Assembly (NCBI GenBank): GCA_041489255.1
Contig: JBGPQV010000012.1
Coordinates: 1-64,000, forward strand
DNA length: 64,000 nucleotides
Direction: 5' to 3'
DNA from: Thermoplasmata archaeon
GTDB taxonomy: Archaea; Thermoplasmatota; Thermoplasmata; RBG-16-68-12; JAFNFQ01
Made by a program: the position numbers and the translations under genes. The notes under the pieces are model-generated. The model saw nothing but the letters and a program-made list of their open reading frames with translations. It did not search any database and was not told where the DNA came from. Position 1 is the first letter of the stretch; every line of letters starts with the position of its first letter. Of this stretch, positions 1 through 9,464 are shown piece by piece.

Positions 1-141
1 CGTGGGCGAGGGAGGACTACAACACCATTAAGCCGAAGCAGAGGTTGAGGTGGATGACGCCGAGCGAGTATCACGAGGAGGTGAGCGTGAGTGCAAAGTG
101 AAACGGGTCAGGATCTGTCCAACCGAGGGGGTCGCATACCA
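1..141 (+). mobile_element. Right end of an IS3-family-like insertion sequence (transposase C-terminus plus right terminal repeat)
   Basis: Frame 3 (3-101) reads WAREDYNTIKPKQRLRWMTPSEYHEEVSVSAK*, matching the DDE integrase-core tail W..YN..RP...L...TP.EY. It is followed by ctgtccaaccgagggggtcgcatacca, which has the TGTCC...GGGG...CA shape of IS3-type ends. The rest of the element is outside the window. Confidence 0.75.
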
Positions 142-228
142 AACATCACGGCAAGAATCGTTAATCATTCTACTTTACCATCACAATCTGGCCATATCCA
201 CGCAAGAGAGAAGGGCAGGCGATTATGC

Positions 229-1482
229 ATGATGGACAATAATTCTAATGACGCGAGGATTCTCGAAACACATCCCCATGAACGTAGTCTGGGGGTGGCT
301 GCGTTCGCGGATCTCCCTGCCATCTGCATTTCGAGTACGGAATGGGATTTTCTATTCCAGAGACAACAGCATCTGATGCGATTATTCTCTCGATACTCCC
401 CTGTGCTTTTCGTTGATCCGTTACGGCAACCGAGTCCACTAGTATTCATTCGATCAGTGAAGCCACGCCTTAATCAAATCACTCCAGGGCTATTCTCGCT
501 CTCGTTCCCTGAAAATCCAGGAAACGGCCAAGCGGCGCCAGATATGATGAGAAAGATGAGGCGCATTAGTGGCACTCTGTCAAGCAAGATACCTCATTTT
601 AGGCTCCTCAATAATTTGCTGACAAAACGAATGGTGTGCTCCGCAACTAAGGTCCTCCATATCAATAATCATATTCTGTGGTGCTATCGTTACGACTCCG
701 CGACATTCCGGCGATCAAAATCAAAGCTTGTTGTGTATGATTGTGTTGACGATTGGTCTGCCTTCGGAACTACTTTCCACGATGTGAACAGCTTGGAAAG
801 GAATCTTCTAGCAGTCAGTGACATCGTTTTCACGAGCTCACGCAGACTCTATGAGATGAAATCAAGGTACAACTCCCACACATATCACGTGCCGAATGGT
901 GTTGACTTTGAGCACTTCAGCACGGCCGCAAAGAATCCGAGACGACCAGCACCTCTTGAAAACATATCCCATCCAATCATGGGATTTCACGGGGCTACTT
1001 ACACATGGATCGACCTCGTTTTGATTGAGAGAATTGCGAGGAGAAGACCGGACTGGTCTTTTGTTTTCGTGGGACCGGTCGGCGGTAACGTACGCACTCC
1101 CAGGCTTCCCAACATGCATTTTCTGGGAAAGGTCCCATACAATGTACTTCCAGAGTACGTCGCTTCATTCGACGTGTGTCTCTTGCCGTTCAAACGCGTG
1201 GAATTGACGCAAAGTGTTGATCCGATAAAAATGTATGAGTACCTTGCTGCGGGCAAACCCATAGTGTCAACAAGCATTCCTGAGGTTCACAAGTTCTCTG
1301 ATTATGCTGCAATCGCTGACGACGATATGGATTTCGAGAGAGCCATAGCCTCCGCACTCACAGAAGACAATGCCAGCCAAGCCAAAGCACGCCAGGAAAT
1401 CGCATCTAAGAATTCCTGGGCGAATCGTTTCAAAACCATGGCCAAGATTATCGGAGATTACCGCGAAGTCAAAGGAATCTAG
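229..1482 (+). CDS. GT-B glycosyltransferase (GT4/TuaH-like)
   Basis: Motifs QRQQHL, VYDCVDDW, VPNGVD, and FDVCLLPF...DPIKMYEYLAAGKPIVST. Start moved to ATG 229 because the ORF-track start at 91 lies inside the IS end. Confidence 0.85.
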   Translation: MMDNNSNDARILETHPHERSLGVAAFADLPAICISSTEWDFLFQRQQHLMRLFSRYSPVLFVDPLRQPSPLVFIRSVKPRLNQITPGLFSLSFPENPGNGQAAPDMMRKMRRISGTLSSKIPHFRLLNNLLTKRMVCSATKVLHINNHILWCYRYDSATFRRSKSKLVVYDCVDDWSAFGTTFHDVNSLERNLLAVSDIVFTSSRRLYEMKSRYNSHTYHVPNGVDFEHFSTAAKNPRRPAPLENISHPIMGFHGATYTWIDLVLIERIARRRPDWSFVFVGPVGGNVRTPRLPNMHFLGKVPYNVLPEYVASFDVCLLPFKRVELTQSVDPIKMYEYLAAGKPIVSTSIPEVHKFSDYAAIADDDMDFERAIASALTEDNASQAKARQEIASKNSWANRFKTMAKIIGDYREVKGI

Positions 1483-1581
1483 TCCCTAAGACGCCATTGT
1501 ATCACGGTGACTCAGCAATGTCTGAAGTTGCTGTCTGACCATTGCACGGAGGAGCTCCGGACCATACGAGACCTGAGAGTA

Positions 1582-2880
1582 TCAGTGAGAGCTCGTATCA
1601 ACCGAATCTCGTTTCCTCCGTTTCCATAGAAGGGAGATTCCGATTGCCGTTGACAGGGCTACATGACTCAGCGTCCATGCGATCGCTATCCCGACCAAGC
1701 CCATCTCGGTCATGAATAAATAGCCCAATGTGGTTATGGAAATCCCAAGATAGATTGGAACCGCAACTAGTACATTCAGCCTTTTCAAAACCCTTTGCGT
1801 TGTCATAAAAACGTTATTAACCGCCACGAATGGACTGGAAAGGACGAATACCTGAAGCAGGGCTACCCCTTCCGAAGAGTATGTCCTTCCGAAAAGAAGC
1901 AGTAAATTCGCACCGAGGAAGAATACCACCGCCACCATCGGAATCAGGATAGCGAACACCAATTTCAACGCCTTCTTGACATCCCTGTGCAGGTGATTCT
2001 CGAAATGAGAGCCTTCAGCGAATAATGAGGAACTCACTGCATATGTAATCGAGAAAAGAAGGGTCGCAATCGTGTAGGTGATGTAGTAGTAGGCAACGCT
2101 GTAAGTTCCTAGCACGTTTATGATGAGGAGCGGTACAGCTGCATCCGAGATTGCTCCGAAAATCCCGCCGACATACACCACTGAAGAGAAATGCATCATA
2201 TCCTTCACTACGCTTCGCTTCAACGTCGGGATGGGTTTGTAGCCCGGATTCGCTGCAGAAGCGAAGATGAAGATGCCGACAACAAGTGCAAGCAGGAGGG
2301 CCGCGCTCCATGATGCGAAGATGGCAAAAGCGCCATAAATCGGCGCAAGAACGAATGGAAAAACGATCTTCACCGATGTCAAAGACGTACTTGCCAAGAC
2401 GAATTTCGCTTTCCTCCTAGCCACGTACACTTCGCCCAGCATGGCGTAAAGAGCATACACAATCGAAAACAGCACGAAGGACAGGAACAGCAACCAATTC
2501 TCACGCAAGAAGAGAAGTGTGGGGGACCAGACCTCCAATCCCAACAGAAATATCAGGGAAATCAAGATAGCTGCAAGACCGCCTATTGTGAAACAAGTGT
2601 TCATCATTGCCTTTGAATTAGCACCTGAAGTTGGAAGGAATCTCACAAGACCTGGTCCAAATCCCAGTGTTGAGAGAAAACCGATGACCGAAATCACGGA
2701 AATAATGGCTGCGGATAGACCCACATCATGCGGGGTGTAGAATCTCGCCACAATCATCCAGAACAGGAAGCCCGACGCGGCAGCGATTATCGAGTTCGCC
2801 ATTAGGTAGATTGCATTCCTGTAAAGCGGGGTACCGAGATCCTTAAGGAACTGATGTAATAAAGCCCCAGCGCGCCCCGT
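1582..2880 (-). CDS. Oligosaccharide flippase (Wzx/MOP family)
   Basis: About 12 hydrophobic helices; N-terminal PLYRNAIYLMANS..GFLFW..VARFY pattern. The frame is open upstream of ATG 2802 to an SD-preceded ACG at 2880. Confidence 0.85.
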   Translation of the reverse strand, partial: TGRAGALLHQFLKDLGTPLYRNAIYLMANSIIAAASGFLFWMIVARFYTPHDVGLSAAIISVISVIGFLSTLGFGPGLVRFLPTSGANSKAMMNTCFTIGGLAAILISLIFLLGLEVWSPTLLFLRENWLLFLSFVLFSIVYALYAMLGEVYVARRKAKFVLASTSLTSVKIVFPFVLAPIYGAFAIFASWSAALLLALVVGIFIFASAANPGYKPIPTLKRSVVKDMMHFSSVVYVGGIFGAISDAAVPLLIINVLGTYSVAYYYITYTIATLLFSITYAVSSSLFAEGSHFENHLHRDVKKALKLVFAILIPMVAVVFFLGANLLLLFGRTYSSEGVALLQVFVLSSPFVAVNNVFMTTQRVLKRLNVLVAVPIYLGISITTLGYLFMTEMGLVGIAIAWTLSHVALSTAIGISLLWKRRKRDSVDTSSH

Positions 2881-3491
2881 ATTCCTCTCCCCTATGAAGT
2901 GCGGATAGCCCCTTTCAGCCAGATAATAATGAACTTGCTGAATCTTAAGGATTTGCCCTCGTCCATACTCAGGAAAATGTAGACATTGATGTGTGGATCA
3001 GGATATCCGGCATGAATTAATCGATGACTATCATCTTGAATACAACCATACTGCCCGTCTGATAATGTCGCGATGAAGTGAATCACTTAAGGATATGCTT
3101 CAACTGATCCCAAGCCTCTGCGCGAATGGGGACGATGCAGATTTCGAGCTCAGTCCCGTGATCACGTTGCAGGATTCTTGGAATACCCTTTCGGGCCTAC
3201 GTCAAACCGGAATCATTCCATGATGTGTTTTGTGGCAGTTCGATTCATCATTACGCTCTTTTATCCGTCCATAGAGCGGAATCTGGGCGAAAAGATGTGT
3301 TGTCACCTTAACCGGCAATATGTCCTGTCACCCCACAATTAGGTTTTCCGATGAGGAACAGAGATCGCATTGTAAAATGAAGTAATGCATTCCATCCATT
3401 CTCTCAGTTGGAATTTAGGATTGGGGCTCAACCGCGATTATCGAGAGGCCGGTATTGTAGGAAAGAGAATCTCAGAGGTGATAGTAGCAGA

Positions 3492-4436
3492 ATGCGTGGC
3501 GAATGTTCGGAATCCTTACAAAACAGGACGCCGTACTTCATACTGAGCCTCGACCTTGAACTCGCGTGGGGTCTCCTTAACACCGATAAGACCTCCCTGG
3601 ATGCCCTGATGTCCCGCAAACATCTCAGTAGGGAACCCATAGAGTTCCTGCTCACTGCGATGGAGCGCCATCGAATCCCATGCACATGGGCAACAGTTGG
3701 CCATCTCTTCCTTAGCCGGTGCGTCAAGGAAGACGGAGTCGCCCACAGGAACATGCCACGATTCACGGACCAATGGTACTCGCTCGACCCTTGCGCAGAT
3801 CTGAAAAGCGAGCCATTGTTCTATGGACGAGACATCATCGAGAGAATCCTGTCAAGCTCCGTCAATCATGAGATTGGATACCATTCTTTCTCCCACGTCA
3901 TTTTCTCCAGGTGCTCTCCTGAAGTGGCAAGAGCTGAGATTGCCTCCTGCAAAGAATTCGCCAAGGAGTTCGGAATCGATTTCAAATCCTTCGTTTATCC
4001 AAGAAACGAAGTCGGGCACGTGGAATTGCTCAAGGAGTGCGGATTCCGCATGTATCGCGGACCGGGCATCTGGAGATGGAAGGACGACCAGGATTACATC
4101 GAGGCGAAACTCAATTCCATGGCCGACAGGATCTTCACTTCTCCGACTCTGCCGATCGACAGAGACGGCATATGGGAACTTCCCACATGCCTTCATTTCT
4201 GGAAAGTTGGCGGTCCTTTCGACTCACTTTGGCAAGCCAAAGTGGGAATCCAGCGCGCAATGAAGGAGAAGAAGGTCTTCAGCGTCTACTTCCACCCGTG
4301 GGAACTCATTCGGTCTCCTTCGCTCAAGATCGGCATAGAATCCCTCCTTACTTACGCCTCGAAGATGAGGGAAGAAGGCAAGCTCTCCATAGTCACGATG
4401 GGCGAGCTGTCCCAAGTCCTCGACCAGGGCGCATGA
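3492..4436 (+). CDS. Polysaccharide deacetylase (CE4/NodB-like)
   Basis: Motifs LSLDLELAWG, TWATVG, HEIGYHSFSH, SFVYPRN and YFHPWE. SD AGGTGA precedes ATG 3492. Confidence 0.85.
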   Translation: MRGECSESLQNRTPYFILSLDLELAWGLLNTDKTSLDALMSRKHLSREPIEFLLTAMERHRIPCTWATVGHLFLSRCVKEDGVAHRNMPRFTDQWYSLDPCADLKSEPLFYGRDIIERILSSSVNHEIGYHSFSHVIFSRCSPEVARAEIASCKEFAKEFGIDFKSFVYPRNEVGHVELLKECGFRMYRGPGIWRWKDDQDYIEAKLNSMADRIFTSPTLPIDRDGIWELPTCLHFWKVGGPFDSLWQAKVGIQRAMKEKKVFSVYFHPWELIRSPSLKIGIESLLTYASKMREEGKLSIVTMGELSQVLDQGA

Positions 4437-4463
4437 ATGGGTGTGTGGTCTCGGAATATCCGC

Positions 4464-6248
4464 CTATCTGTTCCGGACCACGAGGATCACCACGATATCA
4501 CTCGGATAAAGGGTGAAGTCCCCTACCAAACTAATGTCTAGCCACACAATATCTCCCTGATCGAGCATTTCCGTTCCGTCATTCTTGACAACTCCTGAAG
4601 TGATTCCGCTTCCAGGAGTGAAAGTATCGACTTCCATGGCCCCGTCCACCGACACCGATGGGCGCGTCGCGAAAACGGAGTTGTTGTGAACTCTGATGTC
4701 GACCGAGATAAATCCGCCGCCAGTCCCTGAATTCTTCAGCGCGAAACCACCATCGAGTATCTCCAAGTTATCATAAGCCACCATAATCGGGATGTCTGAC
4801 AGGTTGTCCTGTATACTCCCTGAATAGCGGTAGACGATGGTCTGCATATCTCCTTGGTAGTTGTCCCCATTGAAGTTGTTAGTGACTACCGTATCCTCGC
4901 CGTTGGTCGTTATGTTGCCAAATGCGTTGTCTCTTGCTATATTTCCAATGATGATGTTGCGGCCATGGCCCGCACTCACTTCTTCATAGATTCCGTATCC
5001 AAAGCCACTGGCAACATTCCCCATTATGACGTTGTTGCTGCTGGTGGATAGAATCAGAATGCCAGATGCGCCTGTCTGGCCCCGGCTCACAACGTTGTTG
5101 GAGACCACCGAATTTTCGTGATCCCTCAAGATGATCGCACCTGAATACCTATCGTTTCTTCCACTCGCTCTGACGTCGTTGCCAATTACCTTGGCGCTGT
5201 TCCCAATGCCTACCAATATCCCTGCATAGTTGCCCTGAGAGACGTAGTTGCCAATTATCGCGCCGCCGTATGTATGGATGCCCTCTTCCCCCTGTTCGGC
5301 GGCCATTTCCACATGGTTGCCTTCAATTATGGTGTCTTCATATCCAGACGATATCCCGACTCTTGTGACGTAATATAAGTAGTTCCCGATGATCCTGCTG
5401 CTTCCACCAGCCACGATACCAGTCAATCCGCCTTCTATGATATTCCCGGAGATGAAGCTGCTTGTGCTTTGGTCCACATCTATGGACGCGGAATTCCGGT
5501 TCTCTGCCTCGAAGACATTGTCCACGATTTCTATGTAGTTGTTCGCGTCAGGACCGGGAGGAAGATAGTATATGGCGGATGATCCGCTCGTGCTGTTTCC
5601 GCAAAACCAGAAAGCATTGCCTTCTGCGACAAGCCCCCATGTGAGTTTCATTCCGATAGCGCCGTCTCGGAATTCCGAGAACGCATTGTCGATTATTCGG
5701 ACGCCCATCTCGGTGGTGGATTGCGCGTAAATTGCGAATCCTGTTTTCTGATAGTCGCTGACGAAGTAGATGTTGCGTATCATGACGTTGTCGACCATTT
5801 CGCGCGCATCGCTATTGCCGATTCCGAGTATGCTGATGACGTTTCCGTCCGCGGCATGGTCAAATACTGTCGCCCCAAAATCAATCTCCGAGGGACCGTA
5901 CTTGGCATGACCGACACCTGACCCCGCCAAGATGATGTTGTTCTTCGGAGTGCTGATTGAAATGGTACGGACTATGTCGTAGTGTCCTGGAGGAATGATT
6001 ATCATGCAACCGCTATCATTGCAGGAGTCTATCTTCGCCTGGATGTCGGTGGCATTTCCTGGCTCGACATACTTGATTCCATAACCAGAAGGAACGTCAG
6101 TCGGATCCACTGAAATATTATTGGTCGTCAAGTTCGTCACTACCGTCGTTTGTGGACGCATGTAGAGGTTGGCAATCATCGCGAACATCAGCCCGATTGC
6201 CAGGGAAACGCCAACATCTTTCCAGATTCTTCTTGAGGGTTTATTCAT
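4464..6248 (-). CDS. Membrane-anchored right-handed parallel beta-helix protein (pectin-lyase/tailspike-like)
   Basis: N-terminal TM helix; DIQAKIDS...IIIPPGHY cap; many I.GN repeats with Asn ladders; C-terminal beta domain. Start placed at ATG 6248. Confidence 0.75.
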   Translation of the reverse strand: MNKPSRRIWKDVGVSLAIGLMFAMIANLYMRPQTTVVTNLTTNNISVDPTDVPSGYGIKYVEPGNATDIQAKIDSCNDSGCMIIIPPGHYDIVRTISISTPKNNIILAGSGVGHAKYGPSEIDFGATVFDHAADGNVISILGIGNSDAREMVDNVMIRNIYFVSDYQKTGFAIYAQSTTEMGVRIIDNAFSEFRDGAIGMKLTWGLVAEGNAFWFCGNSTSGSSAIYYLPPGPDANNYIEIVDNVFEAENRNSASIDVDQSTSSFISGNIIEGGLTGIVAGGSSRIIGNYLYYVTRVGISSGYEDTIIEGNHVEMAAEQGEEGIHTYGGAIIGNYVSQGNYAGILVGIGNSAKVIGNDVRASGRNDRYSGAIILRDHENSVVSNNVVSRGQTGASGILILSTSSNNVIMGNVASGFGYGIYEEVSAGHGRNIIIGNIARDNAFGNITTNGEDTVVTNNFNGDNYQGDMQTIVYRYSGSIQDNLSDIPIMVAYDNLEILDGGFALKNSGTGGGFISVDIRVHNNSVFATRPSVSVDGAMEVDTFTPGSGITSGVVKNDGTEMLDQGDIVWLDISLVGDFTLYPSDIVVILVVRNR

Positions 6249-6705
6249 GATATCCCTTCCATCATCCTGTAGGGCGCAACGTATCGTCTTGATAACGATA
6301 TGAACCTTGCTACCTGACTTCCATCTGTCGAATCCCACGATTGATTACCAATCCGTATTACCAATCCCCATTCCGATAACTAGTACAGCTATGGCTTTTC
6401 TCTGATTTCCCAACATCTGTGCGACTGTTTTCAGATTCCCTTCCGAATTGGCTTCGTCATCAACATGAGGAGACAAACCGCCGCAAGGCTATCGGCGAGT
6501 CAGCGAACGGTTCAGAGGAGTGGGAGGTATATCTACGGCCCCTCCCGGATGTCCTGCCAGCGAAGGCCGCATTTCGCATGTCTCTTTGAAATCCCCATGG
6601 GTCAATCTATCCGCTTTTAACCCGACTTCGTCATGGAAAAGAAAATAGCGCTCGATTCCTTTCATCGACAATCAAGGCGCGTCAAGCATGGAAAGGTGAT
6701 CCAAG

Positions 6706-8211
6706 ACGTCATCGATTCTGTTCCTTCAGCCACCGAGTCCTCCTTGGCTCGATGTCTTTAGGGACTTTGCTGGCGGTTTTGGGACTGGCAGTCAAGTTCA
6801 AAGAGCCGATTACGGACACGGAATATTCTCCCATCCATATTTCTCCTTGATGTACTCAGCCGCGAGACTCAGAGCCTTGACGGAAGACATTCAGTATCTT
6901 GATGCACAAGCTGAGAGACTAAACGCCGAGACCACCATTGCTCGCATAAGACGGATGCGACCCGATTTCGTAGTGACAGTGATAAGTTTACCCTCCCTCC
7001 ATGACGATGGAAGACTCCTGCAGATGCTGAAATCTGAGTACGCTGAATGCAAGTTGATAACCATCGGAACCGTCTGTCGCGTTCTACCTCAGGATGTGGC
7101 TCGCGCAAGCCTCTCAGATGCTGTCGTCACGGGCGACCCTGAACTGATTCTGCCCCGTCTCATCCATACCCTACGGGATGGCGGTGAAATCGAGGGAATC
7201 CAGGGAGTCTATACAATCCAGAATGAGCAGTCCACGTCAAGCGAGGCACCGACTGATCGGGTGAATATTCGAGATCTCCCTTGGCCGCCTTATGACATGA
7301 TGCCGATTGCCAGTTATCACGATGCACACTTTGGATCAAGAATTAGGTGTTTGCCGATATGGGCCAGTAGGGGCTGCCCAATGCCCTGCTCTTATTGCCC
7401 CTATCCGTTGGGAATGGGCAACGCCATCCGCTTTCGACCCTCCGAAGATGTGGTAAAAGAAATGGTGCACCTGAACACCAAATACGGAGTCACCGCATTT
7501 CATTTCCGCGACCAGACATTCTCCCTGAAGCCTGATAGGGTCGAAGAGATGTGCGATCTGCTCGCCGCGGAGAATCTAAGAATTCGATGGCTTTGTGAGA
7601 CCCGCCTTGACATGGTGTCAGAGAAGCTACTTCGGAAGATGAAGAAAGCGGGGTGCAGCATGATTTATTTTGGGCTCGAGACGGGCGATCCAGATCTTCT
7701 CCGCACTACCGGCAAGCCCGGAATGAAAATGTCGACCGTCAAGGAGACAATAGGGCTTACGAAGGATGTTGGGATAAAGCCGCTCACGCACCTCATTCTG
7801 GGTCTTCCTGGTGAGAGCCGTGCGACTGTGGAGAATACCCTCACGACTCTGAGGGAACTGGGCATAGTGAATATCTCGATTAATTTCGCAACCCCTTATC
7901 CAGGAACTCAGATGTTCCAGCAAGCCATGGAACTTGGACTAATTGAGACTCAGGATTGGTCGAAATACACTTCATTCAATCCGGTCATGAGATCGGAATC
8001 GCTGAGCATTGCAGAACTGTTGAAGTTGAGGGATTTCTTGTCTGAGAATCTCTATGGTTCGACTCTCTTTGAGAGAGTCAGATATCTCTGCAGGAATAGA
8101 GCGATTATTGAGGCACTCTCCTATAAACTGAGTGATGCCAGTGATTTGATGCGCTTATTTCCAAAGTTGCTTCATAGGCCATCTTCGCGAAGGCGTCATG
8201 ATTTGGGATAA
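6706..8211 (+). CDS. B12-binding-domain radical SAM protein
   Basis: SRGCPMPCSYC (CxxxCxxC), FRDQTF, FGLETG, ILGLPGE and TPYPGT. The N-terminal ILFLQPP..DVFRDFAGGFG strand lies in frame upstream of the ORF-track start at 6847, and the only SD-spaced start candidate is ACG 6706. Confidence 0.85.
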   Translation, partial: TSSILFLQPPSPPWLDVFRDFAGGFGTGSQVQRADYGHGIFSHPYFSLMYSAARLRALTEDIQYLDAQAERLNAETTIARIRRMRPDFVVTVISLPSLHDDGRLLQMLKSEYAECKLITIGTVCRVLPQDVARASLSDAVVTGDPELILPRLIHTLRDGGEIEGIQGVYTIQNEQSTSSEAPTDRVNIRDLPWPPYDMMPIASYHDAHFGSRIRCLPIWASRGCPMPCSYCPYPLGMGNAIRFRPSEDVVKEMVHLNTKYGVTAFHFRDQTFSLKPDRVEEMCDLLAAENLRIRWLCETRLDMVSEKLLRKMKKAGCSMIYFGLETGDPDLLRTTGKPGMKMSTVKETIGLTKDVGIKPLTHLILGLPGESRATVENTLTTLRELGIVNISINFATPYPGTQMFQQAMELGLIETQDWSKYTSFNPVMRSESLSIAELLKLRDFLSENLYGSTLFERVRYLCRNRAIIEALSYKLSDASDLMRLFPKLLHRPSSRRRHDLG

Positions 8212-8423
8212 GGGCCATATGGTGACTCAGTCTAACGGACACATCACTCCAACTGAGAAGTCTTCGAAGCGAAATCCGCATGTTATTCCGTGATATCCTC
8301 TCGGTTACTTCATCGCCTGACTTACGAGTGGCACATCTGCTAATCCGGATGTTTCAATGAGGAGAGGCGTTTCACTAGACATGGAAAGAAGATGAATAGA
8401 AAAAGGATTGAAAGCATAGCTCG

Positions 8424-8930
8424 TCACGCTCCGTGCTGTATCTGGAGGCTCCAATACACAAGGAAACCGTATATCGGTGTGCAGGAACTTGTGCTGATGC
8501 AGTCTGGCGGGCTATCGGGGTAGTGTATTCTAATGTCTCCGTGGTTCGTACCTTTGATCGCATCTACATGTGAACCGAACTCAACGTAGCCATGCCAGAC
8601 GCCAATCACTTCCCAATAGTCCACGCCTTCTTGGTTGGGATACGGCTCGAAGTCTCTTCCGACAGTCGGTGGCTGATAGTTCTCAAATCCTTCCGGTCTA
8701 GCGCTTCGCGGTGTGGTGCCTCCGTAATCGATTGTAACCTGGTTGTACTCTGCTATCCATCGGCAAGATTCGATATCCCAGTGAATGCGGGCATTGTCAA
8801 CACTTGTCCCGCGGACCTTGGCTCCCGTATCGTAGCCCAGGACGATCCCCAATGTGGCGACAACTCTAGGGCTCATGAGCGGGAGAGCCAACGGCGCCGT
8901 CACGGGAGCTGCTAATAGTGACTTCTTCAA
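8424..8930 (-). CDS. Hypothetical exported protein
   Basis: SD GGAGGTGA plus TTG start; hydrophobic N-terminus; no recognised domain. Confidence 0.5.
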   Translation of the reverse strand: MKKSLLAAPVTAPLALPLMSPRVVATLGIVLGYDTGAKVRGTSVDNARIHWDIESCRWIAEYNQVTIDYGGTTPRSARPEGFENYQPPTVGRDFEPYPNQEGVDYWEVIGVWHGYVEFGSHVDAIKGTNHGDIRIHYPDSPPDCISTSSCTPIYGFLVYWSLQIQHGA

Positions 8931-9464
8931 TAGTTCACCTCCCCCGCGGCGGACTATGAGTATTCCTCCCCCCGAAGGCAGAGACCCTCTCAGGTTTTGT
9001 CATCGCGCCCCCCTTTGGCGCTCACGTGATCCGAGAAAAAGCTCATCTCGTGCGCCCCTCAGTATTACCGTAAGAGTTCCCGGAATGTTCGCCGGAATCC
9101 GTTCTACGTTCGGTCGAATCGGAGCAGAAGACATCCCTTGCCAACTCAGTTGCATCTAGCCGGAAATCAATCATCGCGTCACGCCTTGCATAGTGCACAT
9201 CAATGGGTCAGTCACGCTCATCAGGCCGAGCCGCTCCAATGATGCCCCAGATTCCTAGATTTCCACCTCCTGAATATTGGAAACCGTAGAACGACTAGAA
9301 CCGCCTTTGAGCGGGTGGGTGAGAGTTCTGGGACCATCTTTGTTGACCACGAAGATCGTCGAATCCTCACCCCCTTGCCTGAACTCAAGCCAGCATGATG
9401 CTTATCCTTCGTCCCAAATTCAAATTCGCCATTATCCAGCAAAGTCTACACGGGTTGAATTCTG

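Noticed and set aside
91-228. ORF-track N-terminal extensions (91, 3408, 6338, 14506, 18955, 39563, 50829, 52036, 52201, 57278)
   Set aside because: They overlap other features or lack SDs; downstream starts have SDs or match family N-termini.
8940-9080. Possible riboswitch upstream of the 8930 gene
   Set aside because: Only short hairpins are present; no complete known aptamer consensus is recognisable.
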